Below, piece after piece: positions 46,248 to 55,464 of a DNA stretch of 64,000 nt (the stretch's first letter is position 1; every line of letters starts with the position of its first letter). The DNA is from Candidatus Kaiserbacteria bacterium (lineage in GTDB: Bacteria; Patescibacteriota; Minisyncoccia; Phycocordibacterales; UBA2100). Under the pieces are notes generated by a model. The model saw only the letters and a program-made list of their open reading frames with translations. It made no database searches and had not been told where the DNA came from. The stretch is taken from assembly GCA_017134395.1 (NCBI GenBank), contig CP070993.1, positions 608,945-672,944 of the forward strand, in the 5' to 3' direction. A program made the position numbers and the translations under genes.

Positions 46248-47131
46248 CAAGATAACACAATCTCAACCGGGTTGTGGTCTGAGTGTTTGAATTTTAAATC
46301 GAGAGTATTTACACACTCAACTGTAATGTCTGGCGAACAAATAAACCCATCCACTGTTGCTGTCGTAGATTTTCCTTCCACGTAAGGGCGGTTTGCAGCA
46401 CGAAGTGTTGGTATATCGGTAGGAAAATGTGCAGTCCAGCCATTTTTTAGGAGGTGATACGGAAAGTCGTGGTTGTATTTCTCGTATTGTATTTCGTCTT
46501 TCTCGAAGAAGTTTATTTTCCCAGCGTGTAGGTTCCAGTCGGCACCAGCAATGACCGAATGACCGTCTTTAGCCAGTTTTTTTATATACGTCATCAGGTC
46601 TAGGAATTGCGACATGCGAAGTACACCGTGTTCATCAAACGATGAAAGGTGCGTGTTCACAAACGCAATAGTTTTTCCGTCTTGTGTTTCTACGAATGTA
46701 GTCAGTGCGAAATCGAGGCGTGGAATTATCTTGTAGTAATATTCACTTACTTTAAACGGACGAATTTGTTTCTTGAATACATTAAAAGAGTCTTTCACAA
46801 ACGTACCCATCCCGTGTTCATTTTTTAGGAAATCAAAGAAGAGTGGAAGTTGAAAGTTAGAAACACGAGACGAAGTATGATTTGGCAGTGTTTCGTATAC
46901 TGCTTTACGAATGTTGTTCCATCGGTTTAAAAGGCTGCCTGCTGAAAGTTCTTGAAGGAGGTATACATCTGCCTGTGTTTTGGTGAGTATTCTTTTAATA
47001 CCAGCGATATTTTCTTTCACAGCTTCATCAGAAGAGGGAATAAACTTACGCCCACCTTCAAACGAAATGTCGGCTTCGGCTCCCATCGCACCGTAGCCAA
47101 GATTCCACGTTAGTACTTTTAGTTTTTTCAC
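46244..47131 (-). CDS. endonuclease/exonuclease/phosphatase (EEP) family protein
   Basis: LKVLTWNLGYG N-terminal motif, conserved His/Asp positions near the C-terminus (HSDHNP); GTG start. Confidence 0.7.
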   Translation of the reverse strand: MKKLKVLTWNLGYGAMGAEADISFEGGRKFIPSSDEAVKENIAGIKRILTKTQADVYLLQELSAGSLLNRWNNIRKAVYETLPNHTSSRVSNFQLPLFFDFLKNEHGMGTFVKDSFNVFKKQIRPFKVSEYYYKIIPRLDFALTTFVETQDGKTIAFVNTHLSSFDEHGVLRMSQFLDLMTYIKKLAKDGHSVIAGADWNLHAGKINFFEKDEIQYEKYNHDFPYHLLKNGWTAHFPTDIPTLRAANRPYVEGKSTTATVDGFICSPDITVECVNTLDLKFKHSDHNPVEIVLSC

Positions 47132-47237
47132 CTTGGAATCATAGCAGGTGTCTCATTGAGAGACTAGTAAATTTATGTATGATAGGGGTATTGTCGGATT
47201 GCTCGCCTGTGCGAATGGTCTTATGGCAGTAAACATT

Positions 47238-47308
47238 TGTCGGATCGTCTAATGGTAGGACGACTGGTTCTGGTCCAGTTAATCTAGGTTCGAGTCCTAG
47301 TCCGACAG
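47238..47308 (+). tRNA. tRNA-Gln (anticodon CUG)
   Basis: UGUCGGA-UC-GUC-UAAUGGUAG-GAC-G-ACUGG-UUCUGGU-CCAGU-UAAU-CUAGG-UUCGAGU-CCUAG-UCCGACA-G; U1:A72 as in bacterial tRNA-Gln; its 3' end overlaps the recombinase gene stop. Confidence 0.85.
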
Positions 47309-48985
47309 CAGACTTGAATTAGTAGCATCTAATTCACCAGAATACCCTTGTTTTAACTGGGGTATTTTAGGTTCGAGCGTAGCATTTAGCGACACAGACA
47401 AATCATACGTACTTCGTATACCAGAAAGCGGAGAAGGTACGGAAACATTGAGTTTTTTGTCTTTTAGTGTGAGGTTCGAGCCGAGAATGGAAAGTACCTC
47501 GCGTTTGGTGTTATTGTCACCATTCTTAAACTTTTCACGTGCGTTTTGGGCAAAGTTGAGATAGTTATTAGCAACGCCAACCCAGTCAATTGCACGTTCA
47601 TGTAGTCCTTCCACATTCTTACGCACAACTCGCAACTCTTTCTCCACTTGTGCTCGTGTCTTGAGCAACTGTTCAGAAGTGATTTCATCACTTGCTCGCA
47701 TCATCACAAGGTTGTCCAACTTGTTTAGCAACTCAGTCTCTCTTTTTCTATTTTGTTGAGTTATGTGGTCCTGCTCGTGTATTTCATTACGGTGTATATA
47801 TTTCAGAGCTTCGACTGCCCATGCATAAAATTCAGTAGGTATTGATACTTTCTTTATGGACTCAGATATTTGATTTTCCAACACAGATTCCTCGATGTAT
47901 CTTTGCGAACATACTCCCTTCTTCTTGGTACAGCGGTAATAGGTCTTGTCGATGATGCTAGGTCTCTCCATTTCAGATACGTCTATGTGGCAGGCAGGGC
48001 ATTCGGTTTGAGTACGAATTGAGAACTTCTTTTTGCATTGAGTACATATAGCTTGCAACTTACGTTCTGCGGTCACTGCACAACCACACTCACCACAGGA
48101 TAAAGAAGATCGGAAGGGGAAGTCATACTTATTAACCTTTGTCGGGCGCCCATGCTTGCCCAGAAGCGTCTGTACGCGGTTGAACTCATCTTCTGTAATC
48201 AGTGCTTCGTGCTTGCCAAAGAAACGTTCCTTGTAACCTTCTTCACCATTCCAATCAAATACGCCAAAGTAAAATGGGTGAGTGAAAGTATTGTAAAAGG
48301 TATTTACTGAATAGGGCTTTCCACTTCTATTCCTTAGCCCCAACGAATCAGCCTCTCTTTTGATATCAGGTATAGAGTATGAACCTGTAAGCATCTTCTT
48401 CCAGAGAGATTTTACTATTTTGAAACGTTCTGCGTCCTTCTCTATCTCTTGGTCGCCCATGTTGTAGTCTTTTTTGTGTTTGTACCCCATGGGCAGGACT
48501 GACGCAGGATACCAACCACGCTTCGCCTTGTTCCGTTGACTTCGCTTCACGTCCACACTCAAGTCGTTCACGTATTGGGTAGACATACCAAGCTCAACCG
48601 CCATCATCAATACGTTGTCCCAAGGATTGTATTCCCGTGAGTAAGTTTGTAGGTGTTGTATAGTTCCTTCTTGGAGCATCCAACTGATTTGTCCGCCATC
48701 TACAGGGTTACGTGCAAGTCGGTTAATCTTCCAACACAAGATACCGTTTGCCTCTCCTTTTTGGATACGTCCAAGCATTTTGTTGAACTCAGGTCGTCCG
48801 CTAGGTGTTTTTGCGGATTTGGATTCGGTGATGGTTTCTATTACATTCAAATCCAAGTTCTCAGCTAGACGCATCATTTCAGAAGTTTGGTCTTCAATTG
48901 AAGCCATTTGCTTGTCCTCACTGTCGGTAGACTTTCGAACGTACAGTATGTATTTGAGATCTTTCTGTTTTGGGGAGGTCATCAT
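47297..48985 (-). CDS. large serine recombinase (resolvase/invertase catalytic domain, recombinase domain, zinc ribbon)
   Basis: N-terminal YILYVRKSTDSEDKQMASIEDQ with nucleophile Ser; central recombinase domain; CGECGC...C...CPAC zinc-ribbon; 562 aa. Confidence 0.85.
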   Translation of the reverse strand: MMTSPKQKDLKYILYVRKSTDSEDKQMASIEDQTSEMMRLAENLDLNVIETITESKSAKTPSGRPEFNKMLGRIQKGEANGILCWKINRLARNPVDGGQISWMLQEGTIQHLQTYSREYNPWDNVLMMAVELGMSTQYVNDLSVDVKRSQRNKAKRGWYPASVLPMGYKHKKDYNMGDQEIEKDAERFKIVKSLWKKMLTGSYSIPDIKREADSLGLRNRSGKPYSVNTFYNTFTHPFYFGVFDWNGEEGYKERFFGKHEALITEDEFNRVQTLLGKHGRPTKVNKYDFPFRSSLSCGECGCAVTAERKLQAICTQCKKKFSIRTQTECPACHIDVSEMERPSIIDKTYYRCTKKKGVCSQRYIEESVLENQISESIKKVSIPTEFYAWAVEALKYIHRNEIHEQDHITQQNRKRETELLNKLDNLVMMRASDEITSEQLLKTRAQVEKELRVVRKNVEGLHERAIDWVGVANNYLNFAQNAREKFKNGDNNTKREVLSILGSNLTLKDKKLNVSVPSPLSGIRSTYDLSVSLNATLEPKIPQLKQGYSGELDATNSSLLSD

Positions 48986-49012
48986 TTAAGTATAACTAAT
49001 TAAGACGGCAGT

Positions 49013-49249
49013 TTATTTAAAATTTAAGGGGATGTTGTTGATTAGAGCAACGACTCGTATCAACTTCAAGCCCTCTTCAAGTGCCTGTTCGTATGTAATG
49101 TTTTGGTCAAAGTGCTGTTTGTGTAGTTCTTGAAATTCAAGTATCTGTTCTTCTTCTAACATTGTTTTTGCTTTATAAAAAATTCGAAACCTTACTGCGT
49201 ATTCTTGTATAAAATTTCGTCTGTGAGAGTCGATTGTGCTTCCTTGCAT
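49013..49249 (-). CDS. hypothetical protein (78 aa), element cargo
   Basis: tight spacing with flanking genes. Confidence 0.45.
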   Translation of the reverse strand: MQGSTIDSHRRNFIQEYAVRFRIFYKAKTMLEEEQILEFQELHKQHFDQNITYEQALEEGLKLIRVVALINNIPLNFK

Positions 49250-49536
49250 TATGTCTCGACTTTCTCTTTTAAATCCTTCTGAGAGGATAAATGACTCTCG
49301 GATGTGTTGTCTTCACGCCTATTAGAAAGTTCATGGAGAAAGCGAACTATCTGGTTTGCTTCTTCCTTTGGATAATCCTCTATATCAACCAGTTTGTAAA
49401 ACCAATCCCGTATTGCTCTACGCGAGAATCCTTGGTATTTAGTTGCTTTGGCAAAGCAAGTATAGCTACTCCACCCAAGATTGTTTCTGTCGTTCTGCTC
49501 TTCGATTATTAGAAATTTCCTCTTTATTGATCGCAT
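49249..49536 (-). CDS. hypothetical protein (95 aa), element cargo
   Basis: start overlaps stop of upstream RHH ORF (translational coupling). Confidence 0.5.
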   Translation of the reverse strand: MRSIKRKFLIIEEQNDRNNLGWSSYTCFAKATKYQGFSRRAIRDWFYKLVDIEDYPKEEANQIVRFLHELSNRREDNTSESHLSSQKDLKEKVET

Positions 49537-49667
49537 GTTTTGAATTCCTTGCTAATTAAATTGGCTAATAGCTGAGACATAGTGGTACCAGATTGTGCTG
49601 CCTCGACTTTTAAAAGTTGGTGACACTCCACTGGTATACGCACTTGTTTGGTTAGTCGTTCTTTCAT
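49524..49667 (-). CDS. ribbon-helix-helix (CopG/Arc/MetJ-like) DNA-binding protein, 47 aa (not in ORF track)
   Basis: MKERLTKQVRIPVECHQLLKVEAAQSGTTMSQLLANLISKEFKTCDQ: beta-strand then two helices; SD AAGGAA 8 nt upstream; stop overlaps next gene start. Confidence 0.55.
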   Translation of the reverse strand: MKERLTKQVRIPVECHQLLKVEAAQSGTTMSQLLANLISKEFKTCDQ

Positions 49668-49950
49668 GTATAGATTCCTTATTTGGTAAATTTGTCGACC
49701 TTTATATCCCGCTCCCTTGTATATATTCCTCTCTTCCCTTCACTCCTACCTCCTGAATGGTCATCCCCCCGTAAGAATCTCGTCTTACTCATAGGTTGGT
49801 CGTAGGTTTCCACATGTGTGTCACTACTCTATTACTTCTTTCGAAGCATTCAGTATGGTTATCGCTCGGTTGAGCCGCTGTCTTTATATGCTCTTTTTGA
49901 GTCCGCATATAACACCAACGATGTGCTTCCAAGACTTAATGCATAAGCAT

Positions 49951-49975
49951 CAAAAAACGCCCCTGTGAGGGCGTT
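49951..49975. terminator. hairpin aacgcccc-tgtga-gggcgtt with U-run on minus strand (ends gene 50029-50703)
   Basis: 8-bp GC stem. Confidence 0.55.
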
Positions 49976-50028
49976 GCCCGTATTATACTCCCCAGTGTTC
50001 AGAGAAAGTTCAGGAAATGTCCCGAACC

Positions 50029-50703
50029 TTACTCTAAGAATAATCCCCAACCGTGTTCGCGCTGATTTCTTATTAATCGTTCACCCGTGGTACGTCGTAG
50101 TTGTGTTTGCAGCTCAGAAATGTCCTGTCCAGTCCTTCTGCGCCAATTATCCGTGCCCTCTAGCCCAAGAGCATCTGCTAACTCTTCAGCTACTACGTAG
50201 TTTCCCACACTTTCAAATAGACGAAGAAAGAGGCTCTTGTACTTCCTTGTGAAATTTATTTGCCTTTGCTTGTAAGTAATTCGATTGTCTGCATATAAAG
50301 AAAAGTCTCCCGCTGATCTGACAGCAACTGTACTGTACGCTTCATCTGTTTGAGCAAGCTCAGGATTTGCTTCTACTTCTTCCTGCACGCGTTGGTACTC
50401 CTGTCGTAATGTGTCCGCATTAGTGACAGTATAGCTTAACCAGTATTCATCACTAAGAACTGCAGAACCGTCATCTTCATATAGAACTTGTCGCCCGTTA
50501 ATCTCCATCGGTATTTGATCCAACATCTCGGTGTGTATGGCGCCCATTTCTTCTAGTAGTTGAATGGCGCGATTTAAATGGTGCCAGTCTAGTCCGAGTT
50601 GGGAATTAACCATTGAATATAAACCATGCGCAGGGTTGGGATTTCGGACATGTTCATCTAAGATGCTACGTAAAACCAAATGATAATTTCCAGTTTGACT
50701 CAT
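50029..50703 (-). CDS. putative DNA-binding protein with C-terminal OmpR/PhoB-type winged helix
   Basis: C-terminal ...YVVAEELADALGLEGTDNWRRRTGQDISELQTQLRRTTGERLIRNQREHGWGLF resembles the trans_reg_C domain. Confidence 0.45.
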   Translation of the reverse strand: MSQTGNYHLVLRSILDEHVRNPNPAHGLYSMVNSQLGLDWHHLNRAIQLLEEMGAIHTEMLDQIPMEINGRQVLYEDDGSAVLSDEYWLSYTVTNADTLRQEYQRVQEEVEANPELAQTDEAYSTVAVRSAGDFSLYADNRITYKQRQINFTRKYKSLFLRLFESVGNYVVAEELADALGLEGTDNWRRRTGQDISELQTQLRRTTGERLIRNQREHGWGLFLE

Positions 50704-51140
50704 TCATCTAGGATACATCCATAAGCACTTTTTTGAAATATGTAAATTTTTTTACACGGGTATATTCTCTTACGTATATACTTTGTACCCCATACGTACC
50801 CCCATTAGTGTCTAAAAGAGTCGGTAAGTGGCTTTGTTGAAGGATACGTACCGTTGATATTGCTCAGTATCTACGCTGTTTCTTCACGGTACCGCCGTGT
50901 ACCGTGCGGTATGGAATAAAGAGTTGTATAATGGCTTTACAACTGAATATTTGCCTTTAATTAGGCGCGCCTAAACTTTGTGGATTATCCATAAAGCATG
51001 GTGCAAAAAACACAACGAAGATAGAAAACCCATCATCAGGGCGCTTCGTTGTGTTATGCGGGGAAACTCGCATAGGAGTCTTCGGACTCTACTGGTGGTG
51101 GGCTTTGTGTTGCTCACCTCTTATTAGCTAACTATCAATT

Positions 51141-51578
51141 ATGAAGTTAACTTTGCAACACGTAATTATCGGGATAGTAAGTCTGCTCGTGATCGGGGCA
51201 CTCTACATACGTTTTAATCAAAGCGATGTGGGTAAAAATCCTGAGGTGTCATTTGAGAAAAAGCAAACTTGCGCTGATGTTCTCGTTGATGAACAAGAAT
51301 CAGATGCAAGGTACAACGATAAAATTCGCAATAGCGGATATCACACAGAGGTGCATTACAGCCCTGCTTTACAAACTTGTTTGATTGCAAAAGTACATAT
51401 ATATCTTTCAGTCGAGGAGGACGATATTGATGCAGCGGGCTTGGCGACATATACGATTACTGATGCTTTCACAGGCAAAACGTTTTTCACGCACAAGGCT
51501 TTGTTGGGTGATGAATCAGCTACAGCAACAGAAATGTTTAACAACAAAATGGAAAAGCTTATTGAAGAAGGAGTATGA
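51141..51578 (+). CDS. hypothetical membrane-anchored protein (145 aa), element cargo
   Basis: N-terminal TM/signal anchor. Confidence 0.5.
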   Translation: MKLTLQHVIIGIVSLLVIGALYIRFNQSDVGKNPEVSFEKKQTCADVLVDEQESDARYNDKIRNSGYHTEVHYSPALQTCLIAKVHIYLSVEEDDIDAAGLATYTITDAFTGKTFFTHKALLGDESATATEMFNNKMEKLIEEGV

Positions 51579-51772
51579 ACAAGTATCTAACAATAAGTCT
51601 AATCAGTGCGCTTGTATTTATTTTCTTCTCATTAACGTCATTGTATCCATATTTGTACGACTTTGTTTTCGGCGATTATATCGGAGGATTCGACTTGCTG
51701 TTTTGGGGTGCAATAGTGAGCGGTTTGATTTCAGTCACTTCCGGAGTAATAGCATTTATCAAACGAGCCTAA
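51575..51772 (+). CDS. small 2-TM membrane protein (65 aa), element cargo
   Basis: ATGA overlap with upstream gene; two hydrophobic helices. Confidence 0.5.
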   Translation: MNKYLTISLISALVFIFFSLTSLYPYLYDFVFGDYIGGFDLLFWGAIVSGLISVTSGVIAFIKRA

Positions 51773-51830
51773 ATTACGTCTTTTTGTACTGACAATACTG
51801 TAGGGTGAGTGTAGAATCATCTGTAAGCTT

Positions 51831-53414
51831 ATGATTCAAGAAATTAAAAAACACTTTTTTCGCCTTACATATGCTTTGAAGTATAGTAGGGTTTTGCAGA
51901 TAGCTAGAAAAATATTCCCATCAAAGCGTACTAAGATGGAAGAGTATACTGCAGAGTATGCAAGATACTTTGATAATCTGTTCGCAAAGGCCGCTAATGC
52001 GGGAGGCTTTCAGTATCTATGCACCATTCTCAGGGTAGAAGGTCTGACTTCAGGGCATTGGGACGCTTTTGTAGAAGCCGAGGAGGCGTCTAGAGATATA
52101 AGCAATATTTTGAGAAAGACCAAGGGTAACAGAAAAGAGAAACGTGCAATCAGATTAGGATTATTTTTGTACTGTCACCTAACAGAAATGTCAGCACCTT
52201 ATGAAATATTGGCAAATTTGTTGAGAGGTTGTCAAAATGCACCATATAGCGTGTACCCGTTCCATCATCTGGTGCGAATTGTTGGTGGAAAGAATACTCA
52301 ACCTTGGGAGAAAAAACGTCTACCACCTTCGCCAGCAGCAAAAATAGCGCATCTCGAAGAGTTGGGTAAAGAGTGTGGAGAAGAGGAATTAAACCAGATC
52401 ATAAATGAGTTTTTCCGTAACAATGTTAGAAACGCTTTCTACCATTCAGACTACGCACTTTCGGATGATGAGTTTCGAATAGTCGAGGGTTCACAAATGT
52501 TGGGTAAGGAAGTTATAAAAATTGAAGAACTTTCAGAGTATCTAACCAAATGTTTCGCCTTCTATTCCGCCTTTTTTATCGTTTACAATAATATAAGACG
52601 CGGTCTCGCGTATGGGAAAAAATTTCACAGATGGCCAAATTATGAGGTGTTGGAATTTTTAACGGACGAAAAAGAATTAAATGGTTTTAAAGTGCATTTC
52701 CCGAACGGTTCTCATGCGATGTTCCAAAGGAAGAAATACGGCGGTACAGATGGTTACAATTTTATGTTCGAAAAAGAAGGGATTGGCTTACAGGTTGGGG
52801 ATTTAAAGAAGTATCACGAGGCAACAGATTGGTTTGTCGGAGATGAACCTTTTGATGAGTTTGGAACGCGTTACAATCCTTACGGCAAGTGGCAGCCAAT
52901 AGTTTTTTCTAGAGATAGCGATCGCATCCAAAAGATGGCAAGAGATGCCACCGAAGATAGAGATGCCGAGGGTTGCCTTTTTTACATATACGCCACAGGG
53001 CATAAGGCAATTGAATTTGTTTTAAAAACAAATAAACCAATTACTTGGTTTTCTTCTATGCGCGGACCTTTTTGGTCAGTAAAAAAGAACTTTATTGTTA
53101 AGAAATGCGATCCAGTTGGCGGTGCTTATATATACGATGGCACAGTTTTTCTAGACGGCAAATCAGAAAAAGATGTTCTTGCTGGGTTAGCACGAATCAG
53201 TGAATTTGTTACAGCTCTGGAGTCAAAAGGGATTGAGGTTAAATCAAGATTGAAATATCAGATGTATTCCGATTTGTCTGATAGGGCAAAAGACGGAGGT
53301 GATGGAACATTCTCTGTTACCATAAGTATGGATGATCCACGCAGTACTCTTGTCGCAAACAACCTGGGCATGTTCCCTAAGAGCGATTGGAAAATAAGGC
53401 CAGAATGGATATGA
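51831..53414 (+). CDS. large hypothetical protein (527 aa) with HEPN-like RxxxxH motif; candidate Abi/defence-type cargo
   Basis: FFRNNVRNAFYHSDYAL (R-x4-H) in a helical N-terminal region; C-terminal about 270 aa unassigned. Confidence 0.5.
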   Translation: MIQEIKKHFFRLTYALKYSRVLQIARKIFPSKRTKMEEYTAEYARYFDNLFAKAANAGGFQYLCTILRVEGLTSGHWDAFVEAEEASRDISNILRKTKGNRKEKRAIRLGLFLYCHLTEMSAPYEILANLLRGCQNAPYSVYPFHHLVRIVGGKNTQPWEKKRLPPSPAAKIAHLEELGKECGEEELNQIINEFFRNNVRNAFYHSDYALSDDEFRIVEGSQMLGKEVIKIEELSEYLTKCFAFYSAFFIVYNNIRRGLAYGKKFHRWPNYEVLEFLTDEKELNGFKVHFPNGSHAMFQRKKYGGTDGYNFMFEKEGIGLQVGDLKKYHEATDWFVGDEPFDEFGTRYNPYGKWQPIVFSRDSDRIQKMARDATEDRDAEGCLFYIYATGHKAIEFVLKTNKPITWFSSMRGPFWSVKKNFIVKKCDPVGGAYIYDGTVFLDGKSEKDVLAGLARISEFVTALESKGIEVKSRLKYQMYSDLSDRAKDGGDGTFSVTISMDDPRSTLVANNLGMFPKSDWKIRPEWI

Positions 53415-53430
53415 GGTACTGTTTTGATAT

Positions 53431-53610
53431 ATGCTTTCGATAGAAAAATGCAGAGAACTGATAGAAGATGATGAGAAGTATTCTGATGAGCAAATTATTG
53501 AAATTAGAGACGCATTAGATCAGCTCGCAAGTATTTTTGTTGACAAATATTTTAGCGAAAAGTTTCCTGAAGAAAATGTGGCTCTTGGATCAGGTGGCGA
53601 GCGAGCGTAA
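53431..53610 (+). CDS. possible small acidic protein (59 aa)
   Basis: ATG..TAA ORF just under the ORF-track cut-off; helical/acidic composition; weak SD. Confidence 0.3.
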   Translation: MLSIEKCRELIEDDEKYSDEQIIEIRDALDQLASIFVDKYFSEKFPEENVALGSGGERA

Positions 53611-53648
53611 TTCTTGCAGGAATATAAAATCGGGAGTAATGTGATTTT

Positions 53649-54053
53649 ATGACAATTGCATCAAAAATCGTTGTCGGCCTGCTGTCAGTTGGAGCTATTA
53701 CGGCAGTTGCTTCGGTTGGCTCAGACAGTGCAACAATCCAGCCAGTTGAACACGTAAGAGTTGAAACTAGAGCGGTAGACATACCTGATCCAGTACACAA
53801 GGTTAAAAAGGAGGTGATACAGGATGCGGAACCTAAAGAGGTGGTTGAAACTAAACCGACCTCTATTCCTGCATATACACCTCCTGTGTCTAATTGCCAT
53901 CCGAGCTATTCAGGTTGCCTTAAGGCAAACGCGAGCGACTACGACTGTGCAGGAGGGTCGGGCAACGGTCCGTACTACACAGGTACAGTTCAGGTATTAG
54001 GTCCAGATGTATTCGGTTTGGATAGAGACAAAGATGGTTGGGGTTGCGAATAA
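53649..54053 (+). CDS. secreted protein with C-terminal Excalibur-type calcium-binding motif
   Basis: signal peptide; ...GLDRDKDGWGCE (DxDxDGxxCE). Confidence 0.6.
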   Translation: MTIASKIVVGLLSVGAITAVASVGSDSATIQPVEHVRVETRAVDIPDPVHKVKKEVIQDAEPKEVVETKPTSIPAYTPPVSNCHPSYSGCLKANASDYDCAGGSGNGPYYTGTVQVLGPDVFGLDRDKDGWGCE

Positions 54054-54079
54054 TAGATTTACGGGAGTATACTGCCATC

Positions 54080-54229
54080 ATGAACACGGATACTGAGTAT
54101 TCTGACGAAGTTAAGGAAATAGCGGAAGACTACGGCGTTGACCTCGAAGAAGCAGAAGAGATAGAGGATCTATCTAACGAACTTGGAATTGACTGGGATG
54201 ACGCTCATATGGTGTGGGAAGAAAGTTAA
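54080..54229 (+). CDS. small acidic hypothetical protein (49 aa from ATG 54080)
   Basis: GGGAG SD upstream of the internal ATG; ORF track opens earlier at 54038. Confidence 0.35.
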   Translation: MNTDTEYSDEVKEIAEDYGVDLEEAEEIEDLSNELGIDWDDAHMVWEES

Positions 54230-54231
54230 GT

Positions 54232-54969
54232 ATGAAAAAAACAACAATCTATATCTTAATTGGTACTGTGGTATTGGCTGGAGGGCTTTTCTATTTCTAC
54301 TCAGGAGGCAGTAATGAATTTGAAATTTCTCCCACGGTATCTAATGAAAACTCGTCACCATCAGCACGTTTACAGGTAACAGAAGAAGGGCGGTACGCAG
54401 ACGACTACTTCTCTCACTTGGCGGTAGTTCATGAAAAACTTAGTAATTTTGGTGAGCTGGAGATAAAGAATGAAGACGAGACAATGGAGGCGTTTTCGAC
54501 ACTTCTATATGATCTTGGAGAGATAATTAGCGCTGTAGATAACGCAGCCATTGAATTGGGAGGATATAGGGATTCTACGAGTGAGAACGTGGCGCTTCAT
54601 TCAGATGCTGTAGTTGTAGGGTACAAATCTCTAGGACTTTTGTATGAAGAATACAGAGTTGCACATGAGGAGTTGCTACGTTCAACAACAGAACAGGGTG
54701 TTGCCACTTACACAATCTCCACGAGTCGCATTCTGTCAGGAATAAACAATACACTTAAGACTTTCCCGCAGCTGAGCATGTTTCTAGTCCCAGCACTCTT
54801 GAAAGAGGAGAACGGCGAAGAACTAAATGCCCAATTAAGTAACGCCTTAGTTCAAAGGTTAGAGGCACTCTTCGGAGACGAAATAATAGAAGGCATGGCG
54901 GCAGGACAGCATGCTTTTGTTGCCTCTGGTGCGATAGTAAGACAACTGTTGCTTGGTGAAGAAATATAA
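54232..54969 (+). CDS. hypothetical membrane-anchored/secreted protein
   Basis: N-terminal MKKTTIYILIGTVVLAGGLFYF signal anchor; ORF track opens at 54214. Confidence 0.5.
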   Translation: MKKTTIYILIGTVVLAGGLFYFYSGGSNEFEISPTVSNENSSPSARLQVTEEGRYADDYFSHLAVVHEKLSNFGELEIKNEDETMEAFSTLLYDLGEIISAVDNAAIELGGYRDSTSENVALHSDAVVVGYKSLGLLYEEYRVAHEELLRSTTEQGVATYTISTSRILSGINNTLKTFPQLSMFLVPALLKEENGEELNAQLSNALVQRLEALFGDEIIEGMAAGQHAFVASGAIVRQLLLGEEI

Positions 54970-54980
54970 AAGATAGCAAA

Positions 54981-55412
54981 ATGAAGCACCACATGAAAAT
55001 ATCAACGGCAGTTTCACTTGTTCTTGCAGCTTTTGTTGGAGGGCTTTTGCTAGACTCGTCCATCTTTGGTCTAGGCGAAGCGGGATTCTCGAAGAAAGTG
55101 TCTTGTTCAAGTTTTAAGGAACAGGCAGAAAGTCGTATAAAGGACTACTACGCACCATCAGAAGTAGTAAGCTATACACCTGATGAGATTTTCTTCAGTA
55201 CAAGTAAAGAAACCTGTATAGCAGCATGGAGTGGTGACTGGTTAAACGAGAACGGTATGTTTAAGCAGGTTGCCATATTTGATGCGGTTAGTAATCGGGA
55301 TATATACTCAGATATGGTGTATCGTCCCTTTGTTAAGGAAAGTGAAGACATTGATAATTTCTATCGCCGAACTGTGAATAGGTACGATGAGCTGCTAGTA
55401 GAGTTAAGATAA
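54981..55412 (+). CDS. hypothetical secreted protein (143 aa)
   Basis: N-terminal signal-like hydrophobic segment. Confidence 0.5.
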   Translation: MKHHMKISTAVSLVLAAFVGGLLLDSSIFGLGEAGFSKKVSCSSFKEQAESRIKDYYAPSEVVSYTPDEIFFSTSKETCIAAWSGDWLNENGMFKQVAIFDAVSNRDIYSDMVYRPFVKESEDIDNFYRRTVNRYDELLVELR

Positions 55413-55464
55413 AATAGTAGTTCGAGCAATTTGCAGAAAAGTATTACAGGTGTAGATTTAGAGT

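Noticed and set aside
47297-47309. Apparent conflict of the recombinase CDS overlapping tRNA-Gln by 12 nt
   Set aside because: Not an annotation error. The overlap is expected when an integrative element supplies the tRNA 3' end. Retained as evidence for integration.
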